Below, in pieces: positions 18,393-28,114 of a DNA stretch of 64,000 bases; positions within the stretch are counted from its first letter, which is position 1, and every line of letters begins with the position of its first letter. The translations under genes and the position numbers were made by a program. The notes below the pieces were generated by a model, which was not told the origin of the DNA, ran no database searches, and was given only the letters and a program-made list of their open reading frames with translations. This DNA comes from a virus, in UHGV virus genome UHGV-0174779. One strand, 5' to 3'.

Positions 18393-18574
18393 CACCTATA
18401 GCCTTCTTCGGAGGGCTATGTGAGTTATTCTGACTCAACTAACCTAATCTTAATATATTTCCCGTATGGGGCCGATGCTAGGGCGAGGAGTATTCCTCAA
18501 ACATCCGTCGGATAGATATTTTAAGAGCAGGTTATCCACAGATATTGGGTAATATCTTTTTGTGTTTAAAGCTT

Positions 18575-18600
18575 GACTCTTTTCGGAGAGTCCTTTTTTA
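18575..18600 (+). terminator. rho-independent terminator (GACTCT-TTTCGG-AGAGTC-CTTTTTT)
   Basis: Perfect stem plus T-run. Confidence 0.55.
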
Positions 18601-18618
18601 AATTCAAAGAGAGGAAAT

Positions 18619-18771
18619 ATGTCTAAATTAGATTTAAAACTGCTAGCAGCAGCGGTAGTGATTTGTGCACTAGCACTGGTAACGCAGAGAACATCTGGAT
18701 TTATTCAGTGTTTCTTTTCTGGGCAATCCACTTATCAGTGGATTATTGACGAGTGTAAACAACAGGAGTAA
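18619..18771 (+). CDS. small membrane protein (50 aa)
   Basis: ATG with GAGAGGAAAT RBS; hydrophobic helix. Confidence 0.3.
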   Translation: MSKLDLKLLAAAVVICALALVTQRTSGFIQCFFSGQSTYQWIIDECKQQE

Positions 18772-18773
18772 GC

Positions 18774-19136
18774 ATGAATACACGTCCCATTAAGGGCAAC
18801 GTTAATATTGAAACTCTGAACAAGGTTGCATCAAACCTCGGTGGTATGTCCAACGAAGAACTTGAGCAAGAGCTTGCTTGGATTGCAAATGGTATTACGG
18901 TAGCGAAAAGTAAGATTGCTCGTGAGCAAAGTAATATGAAAGCTCACAAGTATGTTATACGTCGCGCAAACACGTTACCAGAGCGGGTTGTACATCTTGC
19001 CCGCCAGAACTACGAAAGTGCTAAAGAAGCTCTGCTTGAAGCTGAGTTTCAGAAGCACCAATTTATGAACAACTACAGAAACTTCCGAGATATTCTTTAT
19101 ATCCGTAAGTCAATTGAGTTGATTAAAAACCAATAG
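18774..19136 (+). CDS. hypothetical protein (120 aa)
   Basis: RBS AGGAG. Confidence 0.5.
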   Translation: MNTRPIKGNVNIETLNKVASNLGGMSNEELEQELAWIANGITVAKSKIAREQSNMKAHKYVIRRANTLPERVVHLARQNYESAKEALLEAEFQKHQFMNNYRNFRDILYIRKSIELIKNQ

Positions 19137-19147
19137 AGGTTGGTACA

Positions 19148-20347
19148 ATGTTTCCAGTAACATTAGAAGATACTGAAGGTAATGTTTTAACGGTTTATCC
19201 TCCTTGCTATGGATTCCTTCAGCTCCGCAACTATAACGGTGGTGCTGATGAAGGTGATGATGGCAAATACGATGAATATTTTGAACCTAACACCTATGAG
19301 GCAACTCGTGGGTGGAATATGCACGTTAAGGTTTGGAGCGAAGCATCTAATATTCGTAGTGCAGATGGGCAAGACTGCCTGTTAAGTGACGAGATGGATA
19401 TGTGCGATATTAAACATATCTGGAACTCTGGAACCCACTTAGATATGTTAGGTTTTCTGAGTTATCGTGACAAAAAGCCTGTAACCAAAGGGTTGGGTTG
19501 GGGTAATATTGATCAGGAAGGTGAGCTTAAAAATAACATTGAACGTTGGAATGACAAAAACCCTGAGTATCAAACCACACCTCGTGCTGTACTGGAAGCT
19601 ATGGAAGCATTTGTGGACAAAGACCGTCCCTCCTGTTTACGCTGGCACGAAAAAGGTTTTATGGGTGTAGCAACTGAGAATGTCCATGCTGACCGTTGTC
19701 TGTTCTATTTGATGTTAGACCGAACCTTCTATTGTGAAGATGAAGAGAGTCAGGTTGAAACCTTCCTTCATAAATGGTTGGTTGAAGGCTGGACAATCCT
19801 TCAGGCCTATGTTTACTCACGAATGGTTAGCACTTACACTAACCTCTTAGGAGAAACAAAAACAACTCTGGTTGGTAATGATTGGGATGCTTGTATCTTC
19901 CCAGCATCACTGTTTACAGTTGGTATGGCTGATAAGTATACTGAAGCATTTAAAGTGCCTTGGCGTCAGCAGTCGTACAATCATGGTTGTGGTCACTTCC
20001 GTGATGAAGATTTTAAATGGATTAGTTATGAAAATAACGAAACATCAGATTTACGAGTTAATAACTCAATGTTCTTGCCGGTGATGCACCCCGATTTAGT
20101 AAAGAGTGGATCAGAAACACTTGAATGTGACAACCTTCTGGTTAACTTTGTTCGTCGGGTATCTAAAGGTGAAAGAACAGCTGACAAATTACTCTACGGT
20201 AATCGTATCGAGACTAAGGATATGTTCAACATCTATAACATTATTCAGCGATTTAGTAGTGGAACTCTGGACCAAAGTTCGGAGTATTCAGTGGTTCCAT
20301 CCTCTGAATGGGATGGTATTATGAGCGGATTATTTTTAGGAAAATAA
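19148..20347 (+). CDS. protein of unknown function (399 aa), first gene of amidoligase cluster
   Basis: RBS AGAGGT; tightly linked to cluster. Confidence 0.65.
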   Translation: MFPVTLEDTEGNVLTVYPPCYGFLQLRNYNGGADEGDDGKYDEYFEPNTYEATRGWNMHVKVWSEASNIRSADGQDCLLSDEMDMCDIKHIWNSGTHLDMLGFLSYRDKKPVTKGLGWGNIDQEGELKNNIERWNDKNPEYQTTPRAVLEAMEAFVDKDRPSCLRWHEKGFMGVATENVHADRCLFYLMLDRTFYCEDEESQVETFLHKWLVEGWTILQAYVYSRMVSTYTNLLGETKTTLVGNDWDACIFPASLFTVGMADKYTEAFKVPWRQQSYNHGCGHFRDEDFKWISYENNETSDLRVNNSMFLPVMHPDLVKSGSETLECDNLLVNFVRRVSKGERTADKLLYGNRIETKDMFNIYNIIQRFSSGTLDQSSEYSVVPSSEWDGIMSGLFLGK

Positions 20348-20357
20348 AAGGTTAGTT

Positions 20358-21329
20358 ATGTCAATCTCCACAACGATCGTACCTCTGAATCTTCAACAAG
20401 ATTTAGGGGAACAGAAGTTCTTAGGTCGTGGGTGCTTCGGTATTCACAACTACATGCAAGGCCAAGTCATAAATGACATTAATGGCGACTCTGTAATGGA
20501 AGAAGGGATTCATAAACGCTTCAACCGTGATATCAACTTGCAATTGGAGATGTTGAATTACTGGACTCACTCTTTTCATGGTCTCGCTGCATCTGACATT
20601 GAAAAGAACTTGGTTGAAACAGCAGACATTATGAACTCTATGTCTTGCTATCGTGATGTATTTACGATCACTTCAGCGAATAGTGTTGCTGTCAACCTCC
20701 GTGAGCATCCAGCAGATCAAATCTTCACAGGACTTATGCTCTTCCGTAGTATTCTGGAAGGGCAGTATCGTGGAATGGATTTCCTATCAGAAGGAATTGA
20801 AGACAGGGAAGAGTGGCTGAAGCGTAAACGCATCGGAATTGCTCTAGTGTTAGCTGGGTTAGGTCGAGACTTCTTCGGTGGATGGTCTCAACGAGGAACC
20901 TCCAATGGGAGTGGAGAGAACACATCCATTGTTATTAACAACAATATGTCAGCAGCAGCATTCCTTCCTTTGGTTGTAGACTCTGATGAATACACGAAAC
21001 AAGTGTGGGTTCAAAACCCCTTCGGTGTTGGTGACAACAAGGACGGTTATGTTCGCAACCATAACCAAGATGCCTTACGAAGATTTGCTCGTGCTAAAGA
21101 TCAAGACCCGGACGAGTATGAAACAATGTCAGAGTGGTTAAGACTCTGGTCCAGCTGTCATGGTCACAAACGTGAAACAATAGACAATAAGTTGGAAAAC
21201 ATTACAGTACAAAACTTTACAGCCCGATTGATTCAGCGTACTGGTCCAACTTCTGGCCTTACGACTGAAGAAGTTGGTAACACAATCTCATCTCTCTTTT
21301 CTGAACTAGTGGAGTATTACAATGACTAA
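20358..21329 (+). CDS. protein of unknown function (323 aa), amidoligase cluster
   Basis: RBS AAAGG; overlaps next gene. Confidence 0.65.
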   Translation: MSISTTIVPLNLQQDLGEQKFLGRGCFGIHNYMQGQVINDINGDSVMEEGIHKRFNRDINLQLEMLNYWTHSFHGLAASDIEKNLVETADIMNSMSCYRDVFTITSANSVAVNLREHPADQIFTGLMLFRSILEGQYRGMDFLSEGIEDREEWLKRKRIGIALVLAGLGRDFFGGWSQRGTSNGSGENTSIVINNNMSAAAFLPLVVDSDEYTKQVWVQNPFGVGDNKDGYVRNHNQDALRRFARAKDQDPDEYETMSEWLRLWSSCHGHKRETIDNKLENITVQNFTARLIQRTGPTSGLTTEEVGNTISSLFSELVEYYND

Positions 21330-22128
21330 GCGCAAATTCTTAATAGGCAGCGACCCTGAGCTCTTCGTTCGTACTAGCAACGGAATCATCACCTCTGTAG
21401 CCGGTCTTCTAGGCTGCTCTAAGGACGATAAGATCGCTCTGGCTAAGGATGTTCGTCTTCAAGAGGACAACGTATTGGCTGAGTTTGATATTGACCCACA
21501 GAGCGGTTTTGAAGCGTTTAATGATAACATGCAACGTGGTATTGATCTCACCAATAGAGTCCTGAACAAACTGGACATGGAAACAGCTCCGGGTGTTAGC
21601 TCTCACATCTTCACTGAAGAGGAGATGAAGACTTTCAATGAATCAGCGTTCATCTTCGGATGTACTCCTGATTTCAACGCTTTCACTGGTCAGAAGAATC
21701 CATCCCCGACTTCTCAGAACAAGGGGCTTCGTACTGCCGGTGGTCACGTACATCTTGGCGTAGTTGGTTCTTTGGATATCACTCTGCAAACTCAGATGAT
21801 GCTGGGTGTGCTGTGTGACTACTTCCTATCACTCCCAGCAGTTATCATGGATAAAGATACTCGCCGTAAAGAACTTTATGGCAAAGCATCTGCAATCCGT
21901 TATAAGGACTACGGTATTGAATACCGTTCACTGTCCAACTTCTGGATTAACGATCGTGAAAATCGTAAGTTTGTTTACGATCAGGTTGACAAGGTTGTTC
22001 AGCAGTGTGATATGTCCACTCTGATGGCATTGCACTCTCGTCTTCCGATTGAGAAGCTTCACGAAATTATTAACGGTAATAACGTTAAAGAAGCGGACCA
22101 GCAGATCAAACTCCTTCAGGTAGCATAA
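21322..22128 (+). CDS. COOH-NH2 ligase (glutamine-synthetase/GCS2-like fold), putative
   Basis: N-terminal IGSDPELFV and GGHVHLG motifs resembling carboxylate-amine ligases. Confidence 0.5.
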   Translation: MTKRKFLIGSDPELFVRTSNGIITSVAGLLGCSKDDKIALAKDVRLQEDNVLAEFDIDPQSGFEAFNDNMQRGIDLTNRVLNKLDMETAPGVSSHIFTEEEMKTFNESAFIFGCTPDFNAFTGQKNPSPTSQNKGLRTAGGHVHLGVVGSLDITLQTQMMLGVLCDYFLSLPAVIMDKDTRRKELYGKASAIRYKDYGIEYRSLSNFWINDRENRKFVYDQVDKVVQQCDMSTLMALHSRLPIEKLHEIINGNNVKEADQQIKLLQVA

Positions 22129-22137
22129 GAGGTTATC

Positions 22138-22755
22138 GTGAGCTTAGTAGCTGATTTTTCTCATTACTATAGTGGCACATGGATTGCTAAACGAGCAGGC
22201 AACATCAACCTTCCCTGTTTTGTGATTGGTGTTGAGCAGAGAGGTAACTTCCGCAGCGACGACTTCTCACATGAAGCAGAACAAGCTCTGTACTTTGTTG
22301 TAGAGCAATGGTACAAGAATGAGAACGGGATTCTCCGAAACACTACGATGAATATTCCAGTGTTTGACCCAACCTTGATTCTTGAATCACCTGATGTTGG
22401 CTATCTGTTCCATAATGGTAACACTGTAAGCTGGACTCATATCAACCCTGTTCGTCAGAGAGCGAAGGGTTTGGTGGGTAACAAGATTCGAAATGCTCCG
22501 GGGGTTGGTCGTTCTATCTCTGGGGAAATGGTTTACAGTCTATTCAATCCTGAATTTGATGGATTGGTTACTCGTTACATTTACATCAACCCTACAGATG
22601 GTAAAGTGCATTATAAAGGTGCACGGGTAGGTCAGGTAGATCTGGAAGCACCTCGTGACTCTTACGGTCAGCAACCGATGCGACTTCTGGAACATTTTCA
22701 TCACATCTCTGAAAACCTTAGCAATTATAATATTACGTTGGTGGATTCGTTATGA
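22138..22755 (+). CDS. protein of unknown function (205 aa, GTG start), amidoligase cluster
   Basis: RBS AAGAGG. Confidence 0.5.
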   Translation: MSLVADFSHYYSGTWIAKRAGNINLPCFVIGVEQRGNFRSDDFSHEAEQALYFVVEQWYKNENGILRNTTMNIPVFDPTLILESPDVGYLFHNGNTVSWTHINPVRQRAKGLVGNKIRNAPGVGRSISGEMVYSLFNPEFDGLVTRYIYINPTDGKVHYKGARVGQVDLEAPRDSYGQQPMRLLEHFHHISENLSNYNITLVDSL

Positions 22756-23855
22756 CAACTGTAGCGCAAACTTTTGGATATCGAGAAGGTCGTTTAACTG
22801 AGGCGCATAGTTCAATTGCACTTCAGTGCGGTGTCGGTATTGAACTTGAACTCGAAGGTTCTGAACATATCGAAGCAGATATGTGGGATTGCACAGAGGA
22901 TGGTTCCCTGCGTAACGGTTGTGAAATGGTATGTTCACGACCTTACAACGGACAGGAGTTGTTAGACGCTATCAACAACCTGAGTGAAGCAGTAGCTGAA
23001 TCGCACGCCGAGGGGACTTGGCGTTGCTCTACTCACGTTCATATGGATATGAGGGATGCTGATAGTAATATCCTCAAGAAGACCATTCTAGCTTGGACCT
23101 TCTATGAAAAGATGTTGTTCAAGTGTTCAGGCTACCATCGTTACCGTAGCAACTTCTGCCCTGCTTTCGCAGTGGTACAAGCACAGGTAATGAATGCCTC
23201 TGACGCATTTAACTACGACGATGAAGAGTTCTTCAACCGTCTGGTTCGTTCATGGGATAAATATACATCTCTGAACCTTCTGCCACTTGCCCAATATGGT
23301 TCGATCGAGTTCCGTATCAGTGAGCCTAAGTGGAAACGTGGTCAACTTCTCAATCTGGTTAACCGCTTCTTAATGTTGAAGAAGCTGGCTTTAGATAACG
23401 CAGAGATGAGCAATGATCAGTTTATCGAGCATTTAAATACTGTACGATTTGCCCCAATGCTTCCTTATCTTCCACTAGATTACAGTCTGGATGAATTGGA
23501 TTTGCATTCAGGGTATTGTATGGCCCGTGATGTTTTGTACTGCCGTTCTCATGAAGTAGAGCAGTCTGGTCGTATTCGTTTACGTCGAACCAACCCAAGT
23601 GGAGAAGTTCTTGTTGACTTACGTCTTATCTCAGACTTCTATGGATACCTTGGATATGTCCGAGGGAATGCTAACAACTTGTACCAAGAGATTTTGGTCA
23701 TGCTTAATACAACAGATCTATCTACTGTACGATCTGCACCAGAGCAATGTATCCGTGAGATCTTTGACTTACTTCGTGAGTCAGGCCATATTGATAATAA
23801 TATCACAGGGTACATTCCAGATCATCTGGAGTATCAGTTAGAGCAAGCGCTGTAA
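22752..23855 (+). CDS. amidoligase (glutamine-synthetase-like fold), putative
   Basis: GVGIELELEG...EDGSL...CSTHVHMD motifs typical of predicted amidoligases. Confidence 0.6.
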   Translation: MTTVAQTFGYREGRLTEAHSSIALQCGVGIELELEGSEHIEADMWDCTEDGSLRNGCEMVCSRPYNGQELLDAINNLSEAVAESHAEGTWRCSTHVHMDMRDADSNILKKTILAWTFYEKMLFKCSGYHRYRSNFCPAFAVVQAQVMNASDAFNYDDEEFFNRLVRSWDKYTSLNLLPLAQYGSIEFRISEPKWKRGQLLNLVNRFLMLKKLALDNAEMSNDQFIEHLNTVRFAPMLPYLPLDYSLDELDLHSGYCMARDVLYCRSHEVEQSGRIRLRRTNPSGEVLVDLRLISDFYGYLGYVRGNANNLYQEILVMLNTTDLSTVRSAPEQCIREIFDLLRESGHIDNNITGYIPDHLEYQLEQAL

Positions 23856-23934
23856 TCAATGGGTGCCTCTGATAAAGGGGCACAATTTAAAGGTTAATTA
23901 GATGAAAGGGTTTACCCTTCAGGTGGATTAGAAA

Positions 23935-25965
23935 ATTTGCGGCATCGTATTAGCTGGCGGTAATCTGTCAAGCACCGATTTAGACGTATTCAACCAACTC
24001 TTTTATGCTGGGGTATTCCGAGGACAACATTCCTCTGGTATCTTTGGTCAGCGTAAAAGTACTAAGGAAGTCTTCACTTATAAGGAAGCTCTTCCCTCTT
24101 TCGCATTCATCCTACAAGATGAGTATAAGAAGCACACCACTGGTGAAACATCTTATACTGTAGCACCTTCATGGATTGTTGGTCACAGTCGTCATGCAAC
24201 GAAAGGTGCAGTTAACGCCAAGAACGCCCATCCTTTCCAACACGGTAACATCACTCTGGTTCATAACGGAACCTTGATGGACCAAGATCTGTTACCTGAC
24301 AGTAAAAACTTCGAGGTAGACAGTGAGAACATCTGCTACTCTATTAACACTATTGGTGCAGCAGAGACTATTCAAAAGCTGGATGGTGCTTTCACCTTAA
24401 TCTGGCATGATGCTTCTGATAACCGTCTTCATATTATTCGTAACGAAGAGCGTCCTTTCCATCTCGCACGTTGTAATAGAGATTGGTTTGGTGCTTCTGA
24501 AGAAGATATGCTGATGTGGATTCTGAAGCGTTCTAAGTCTCACAAAAACCGAATTGATGAGCACTTTGAATGTAAAGTTGGTACAGAATATATCTTTGAT
24601 ATGTCAAACAACAGCATGACTCTGGTTGAAGAGGTCGCCCATGAGCTTCCGGTTTTTACGGTAGTCAATCGTTGGGCCAGTTACTACTCGAACAACTACA
24701 GCCAAAGCAATTATCAAAGCTCCTCAAAAAGCAGTACAAGCAATCCTTACGACACGAAGCCGGGAGTGACAGCGGCAGACGTTCGTCGAAGAAACGCAGT
24801 GGTAAGTCAAAACAAAATCGCAAGCGATCGAAACATTGATATTCGCCGCGACATGACTGTGGAAATCACACCACATGAATTTGTTCCCTATGCAACTGCT
24901 GGTGCTGTTCCTTCTCGTGGTAAGATGATTGGTTATATCTACGATGAGAAATCTCAAGAGTACATTGAAGGTGATGTTCATAACGTAGACATTAAGGCTT
25001 ATCAGGATGCCCTGAAAGACCCTAAAATTGTTTACCGTGGGACAGTATCCTGCATCTCCGAAGTCGATGCTATGGTTCGTTTAGTAATCACAGCAGGTCG
25101 TTTTGTTGACCCATCTCTGGAGAAAAAGGAGCCTGAGTCAACTACTGCTGACTTCGATGATGATATCCCTTTTGACATGAATGATAGTTTCGTCAACAAG
25201 AATGGCGTTACTATCACTCGTAAATTCTGGGAAGCACACTCTCATGGTGATTGTGGTGGTTGTGACAAGCACATTGATTGGAAGGATGCACCTAAAGCAG
25301 TCTTCGCATATCAGTGCTACTGGCATCCCGAGTGTCTGGAAAGGTTGACTAAACCTAAAGAGGAAGAAGAGGAGGAGACTCCTATCGGTGTTTGTGAAAT
25401 CTGTGGTGAGGTTAAAACAGAGAATGAGTTCGATGAAGAACTTAGCCGCCTCCGTGGTGAAGATATCTGTAAAGACTGTGCTGTAGAAGTAAAGAAGAAA
25501 GTGTCTAATGCTACGATCAAAGATGGTTATGTCTGGATTAAAGCAACAGATACAACAAACACCCGTCGTCCTGAAATTGCTGTACGTGTAACTGAGGAAA
25601 TGATTGGTCGTATGACCGTATTACCCTCCTCAGCGAAACAAACAGGTATCACTCTGGAAGATGTTGTTGATGCTTATGTTGAGAAACGTGGCAACAGTAT
25701 TTTTGCAATCTCGACTAAGCCAAAAAAGGAGGAACCTGCTGAGAAAGCAGGTGTGTTTCCTGAATCACGAACAGCTCTCCGCAAAACTGTTGTCAGCTTC
25801 GACGGAAATCGAAGCACTGACTTCACCAAAGCCATGTGGTCAACCCTCGGATACTGCTCAGAGTGTTTTAAGCAGATTCCGTGGCGCGATGCTGAAAGTT
25901 GTACGCTTGGTTCTATGAATCAAGTTTATTGTAATTCTCCTAAATGTTCATTGAATAGAGGTTAA
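23935..25965 (+). CDS. class-II (Ntn) glutamine amidotransferase domain fused to Cys-rich zinc-ribbon repeats; predicted AUU start
   Basis: Frame is open from stop at 23929; translation CGIVLAGG...RGQHSSGIFG...HSRHATKGAVNAKNAHPFQHGNITLVHNG matches the GATase-II N-terminus (MCGIVG). The only codon that puts Cys at position 2 is ATT 23935, 8 nt after AGGTGG. The track ORF 24274-25965 (TTG) would remove the catalytic domain. Confidence 0.65.
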   Translation: MCGIVLAGGNLSSTDLDVFNQLFYAGVFRGQHSSGIFGQRKSTKEVFTYKEALPSFAFILQDEYKKHTTGETSYTVAPSWIVGHSRHATKGAVNAKNAHPFQHGNITLVHNGTLMDQDLLPDSKNFEVDSENICYSINTIGAAETIQKLDGAFTLIWHDASDNRLHIIRNEERPFHLARCNRDWFGASEEDMLMWILKRSKSHKNRIDEHFECKVGTEYIFDMSNNSMTLVEEVAHELPVFTVVNRWASYYSNNYSQSNYQSSSKSSTSNPYDTKPGVTAADVRRRNAVVSQNKIASDRNIDIRRDMTVEITPHEFVPYATAGAVPSRGKMIGYIYDEKSQEYIEGDVHNVDIKAYQDALKDPKIVYRGTVSCISEVDAMVRLVITAGRFVDPSLEKKEPESTTADFDDDIPFDMNDSFVNKNGVTITRKFWEAHSHGDCGGCDKHIDWKDAPKAVFAYQCYWHPECLERLTKPKEEEEEETPIGVCEICGEVKTENEFDEELSRLRGEDICKDCAVEVKKKVSNATIKDGYVWIKATDTTNTRRPEIAVRVTEEMIGRMTVLPSSAKQTGITLEDVVDAYVEKRGNSIFAISTKPKKEEPAEKAGVFPESRTALRKTVVSFDGNRSTDFTKAMWSTLGYCSECFKQIPWRDAESCTLGSMNQVYCNSPKCSLNRG

Positions 25966-25970
25966 ATCAG

Positions 25971-26204
25971 ATGGAAATTCGTAAGATGATGTTGGATAAT
26001 GTTGTAACTACTCGACGTATCCCGATGACGAGCACAGGATGTGACAACCTTCGTGCAATCCAGAAGTGGATGCAAGCTGGTATTGGTCAAGTACTTGAGA
26101 CACAGGTTGAGGTTCCGTTCCCAACGGTGATCAATAACGTACTTGCTGATTATGTAAAAATCAAAGGCATTAAGGTAGAACCTCATGTCAAATCTGGTTC
26201 CTAA
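25971..26204 (+). CDS. hypothetical protein (77 aa)
   Basis: ORF only. Confidence 0.4.
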   Translation: MEIRKMMLDNVVTTRRIPMTSTGCDNLRAIQKWMQAGIGQVLETQVEVPFPTVINNVLADYVKIKGIKVEPHVKSGS

Positions 26205-26409
26205 GAAACCGAAGATTACTCTCCTACAGTATTACATAGGAGTTCATATCGAATTAGTAACGGAGCAGCGAAAGCTGTATCCGTTCGCTTTCGGTCTGAT
26301 TGATGCACCATCCGATGAAGTAGAGAACGATGCGTTCAATGACTACTTCGAAATTGAAGCTCAGATTCAAAAAACTCGTAACGAAATTCTTAAACTTAAA
26401 GGTATCTAA
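26185..26409 (+). CDS. hypothetical protein (74 aa)
   Basis: ORF only. Confidence 0.4.
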   Translation: MSNLVPKKPKITLLQYYIGVHIELVTEQRKLYPFAFGLIDAPSDEVENDAFNDYFEIEAQIQKTRNEILKLKGI

Positions 26410-26411
26410 CA

Positions 26412-27608
26412 ATGACTACTCGTATCCGTGTTCTCCCTTATGGCCCTTCTGATTCAGTTCGTGAACTTACTTCTGCTATTAATGCTAAGATTCAGGAACT
26501 TCGACTGAATGCTAACGTAATGTCTCTGGTATCAGAAAACTCTCGTTATCGTTCTCGAGCCGGTGATATTGTTGTAAACTATGGCAACCGTCGTTATGAT
26601 GCTTCTTTCTTTGGTGGTGCAACCGTACTGAACCCTGTTGAAGCCCTGAACCGAGCAGCTAATAAAGTTGCAGCATTTAACGCATTACGGTTGGCTGGAG
26701 TTAAGACTGTTGAATATACCGTTGATCGTGAAGTAGCTCAGAGCTGGAACCAAAACGAAATCGTTTATGAGCGTGCAACCTTAACTGGACATTCTGGTGA
26801 AGGCATCACCGTACGTCTTCCGGGAGAAGGTACTGCAAGTGCTCCTCTGTATACGAAAGGTATTCAAGGTCCGCGTCGTGAATGGCGTGTTCATGTGTTC
26901 GAAGGTGTTATCACTTACGTTCAGAAGAAGATTCGTCGTAATGGATATCGTGAACTGGAAAGCTATCGTGAAAATATTCGCAACCATCACACTGGCTGGG
27001 TTTACTCTAACTCTTTCACTGAAGCTCCTCCTGATCAAGTTCTGATTCAAGCCCACAAAGCTGTGTCTGCTCTGGGTTTAAACTTCGGCGCTGTTGACCT
27101 GATTAGTAAAGGCTCTAACGCTTGGGTTCTGGAAGTAAACACTGCTCCGGGTCTGACTGGTACAACTCTGGAAACTTACACTCACAACATTGTTGAGTTT
27201 GTTAAGAGCTTCTCTGGTGTTGAGCCTGACTACCGCGTTGCTTACGAACTGCCTGTTGAAGAGTCGGAAGTTGAGTTTGCTGACTCAGCGGATGATGAGA
27301 ACTTTGCATTGACAGCTGAGCCAGTTGCTGAAGAGTCATCTGAACCTGTTCCTGAAACAATGCAAGTGGAAGAACAAGGGTTAGAGATCAACCCAATCAC
27401 CCGTCGTACCCTGCGTCGTGGTTATTATATCGCGAACATCAAGCATCCTGAAAACGGCTCAACTGTAGCAAGTAATGTAATTGTTTTCTTCTGCGGTCGT
27501 AACTTCTACCGCTCTGGTTGGAACGCACCAATTAGTGATCGTCAGCTTGGTCGTGTGTTGCAGATTAATAGCCTTACCCTGAATGATGGCACTGTTGTAA
27601 ACTACTAA
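26412..27608 (+). CDS. ATP-grasp ligase (RimK/GshB-like) with C-terminal extension
   Basis: ATP-grasp motifs: GHSGEGITV, REWRVHVFEG, GLNFGAVDLISKGSNAWVLEVNTAPGL. Confidence 0.8.
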   Translation: MTTRIRVLPYGPSDSVRELTSAINAKIQELRLNANVMSLVSENSRYRSRAGDIVVNYGNRRYDASFFGGATVLNPVEALNRAANKVAAFNALRLAGVKTVEYTVDREVAQSWNQNEIVYERATLTGHSGEGITVRLPGEGTASAPLYTKGIQGPRREWRVHVFEGVITYVQKKIRRNGYRELESYRENIRNHHTGWVYSNSFTEAPPDQVLIQAHKAVSALGLNFGAVDLISKGSNAWVLEVNTAPGLTGTTLETYTHNIVEFVKSFSGVEPDYRVAYELPVEESEVEFADSADDENFALTAEPVAEESSEPVPETMQVEEQGLEINPITRRTLRRGYYIANIKHPENGSTVASNVIVFFCGRNFYRSGWNAPISDRQLGRVLQINSLTLNDGTVVNY

Positions 27609-27614
27609 GGATAT

Positions 27615-27863
27615 ATGGATATGTTTTCATTGGAAGATCTAGTACAAAATGGAATGATGGAACAAAAAGAGCCTCTGATTGTAGGCTCTCGTAAAGAGTT
27701 GCGTAAGTTGTGTGAGGAATGGGGTATTACTAATCAGCGAATGATTGGTAATCAATTCTCTGCAATTGTAACTTTCCTGAAACGTGGTGATAAGTATTCT
27801 ATGGAATGTGTAGAACGTATCATCGCTGAAGCACAACAAGACAAAGGAGTGACCTATCTGTGA
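27615..27863 (+). CDS. hypothetical protein (82 aa)
   Basis: ORF only. Confidence 0.45.
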   Translation: MDMFSLEDLVQNGMMEQKEPLIVGSRKELRKLCEEWGITNQRMIGNQFSAIVTFLKRGDKYSMECVERIIAEAQQDKGVTYL

Positions 27864-28045
27864 ATAAGTATAAAGTTCTGTTTAAAGATACCAATGCCGC
27901 TGGTGAAATGCGAGCTATGGACCTAGATGCTGATATGTTTAACTTCTCTGATGGCAAAGTGACCTTCTTTCAGGGAAGTGAAGCTGTTGCAATGTTTGAG
28001 AGTGCAGCAATCTGTGGTGTAATCAAAATCTTTATTACAGAGTAA
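27860..28045 (+). CDS. small protein ending in ...ITE (61 aa)
   Basis: ORF overlapping upstream stop; C-terminal Glu. Confidence 0.4.
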   Translation: MNKYKVLFKDTNAAGEMRAMDLDADMFNFSDGKVTFFQGSEAVAMFESAAICGVIKIFITE

Positions 28046-28114
28046 TCTGCTTTAGCCTCTTCGAAAGAGGGGGCTAGTTCGGATAAACTAAACAAACCAA
28101 CAAAGGTATAGATA

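Noticed and set aside
24274-25965. Track start (TTG at 24274) for the amidotransferase gene
   Set aside because: Upstream in-frame sequence encodes the conserved catalytic N-terminus, so this start would truncate the domain.
28050-28085. Terminator after ORF 27860-28045
   Set aside because: The hairpin (AGCCTCTT-CGA-AAGAGGGGCT) is not followed by a T-run, so intrinsic termination is doubtful.
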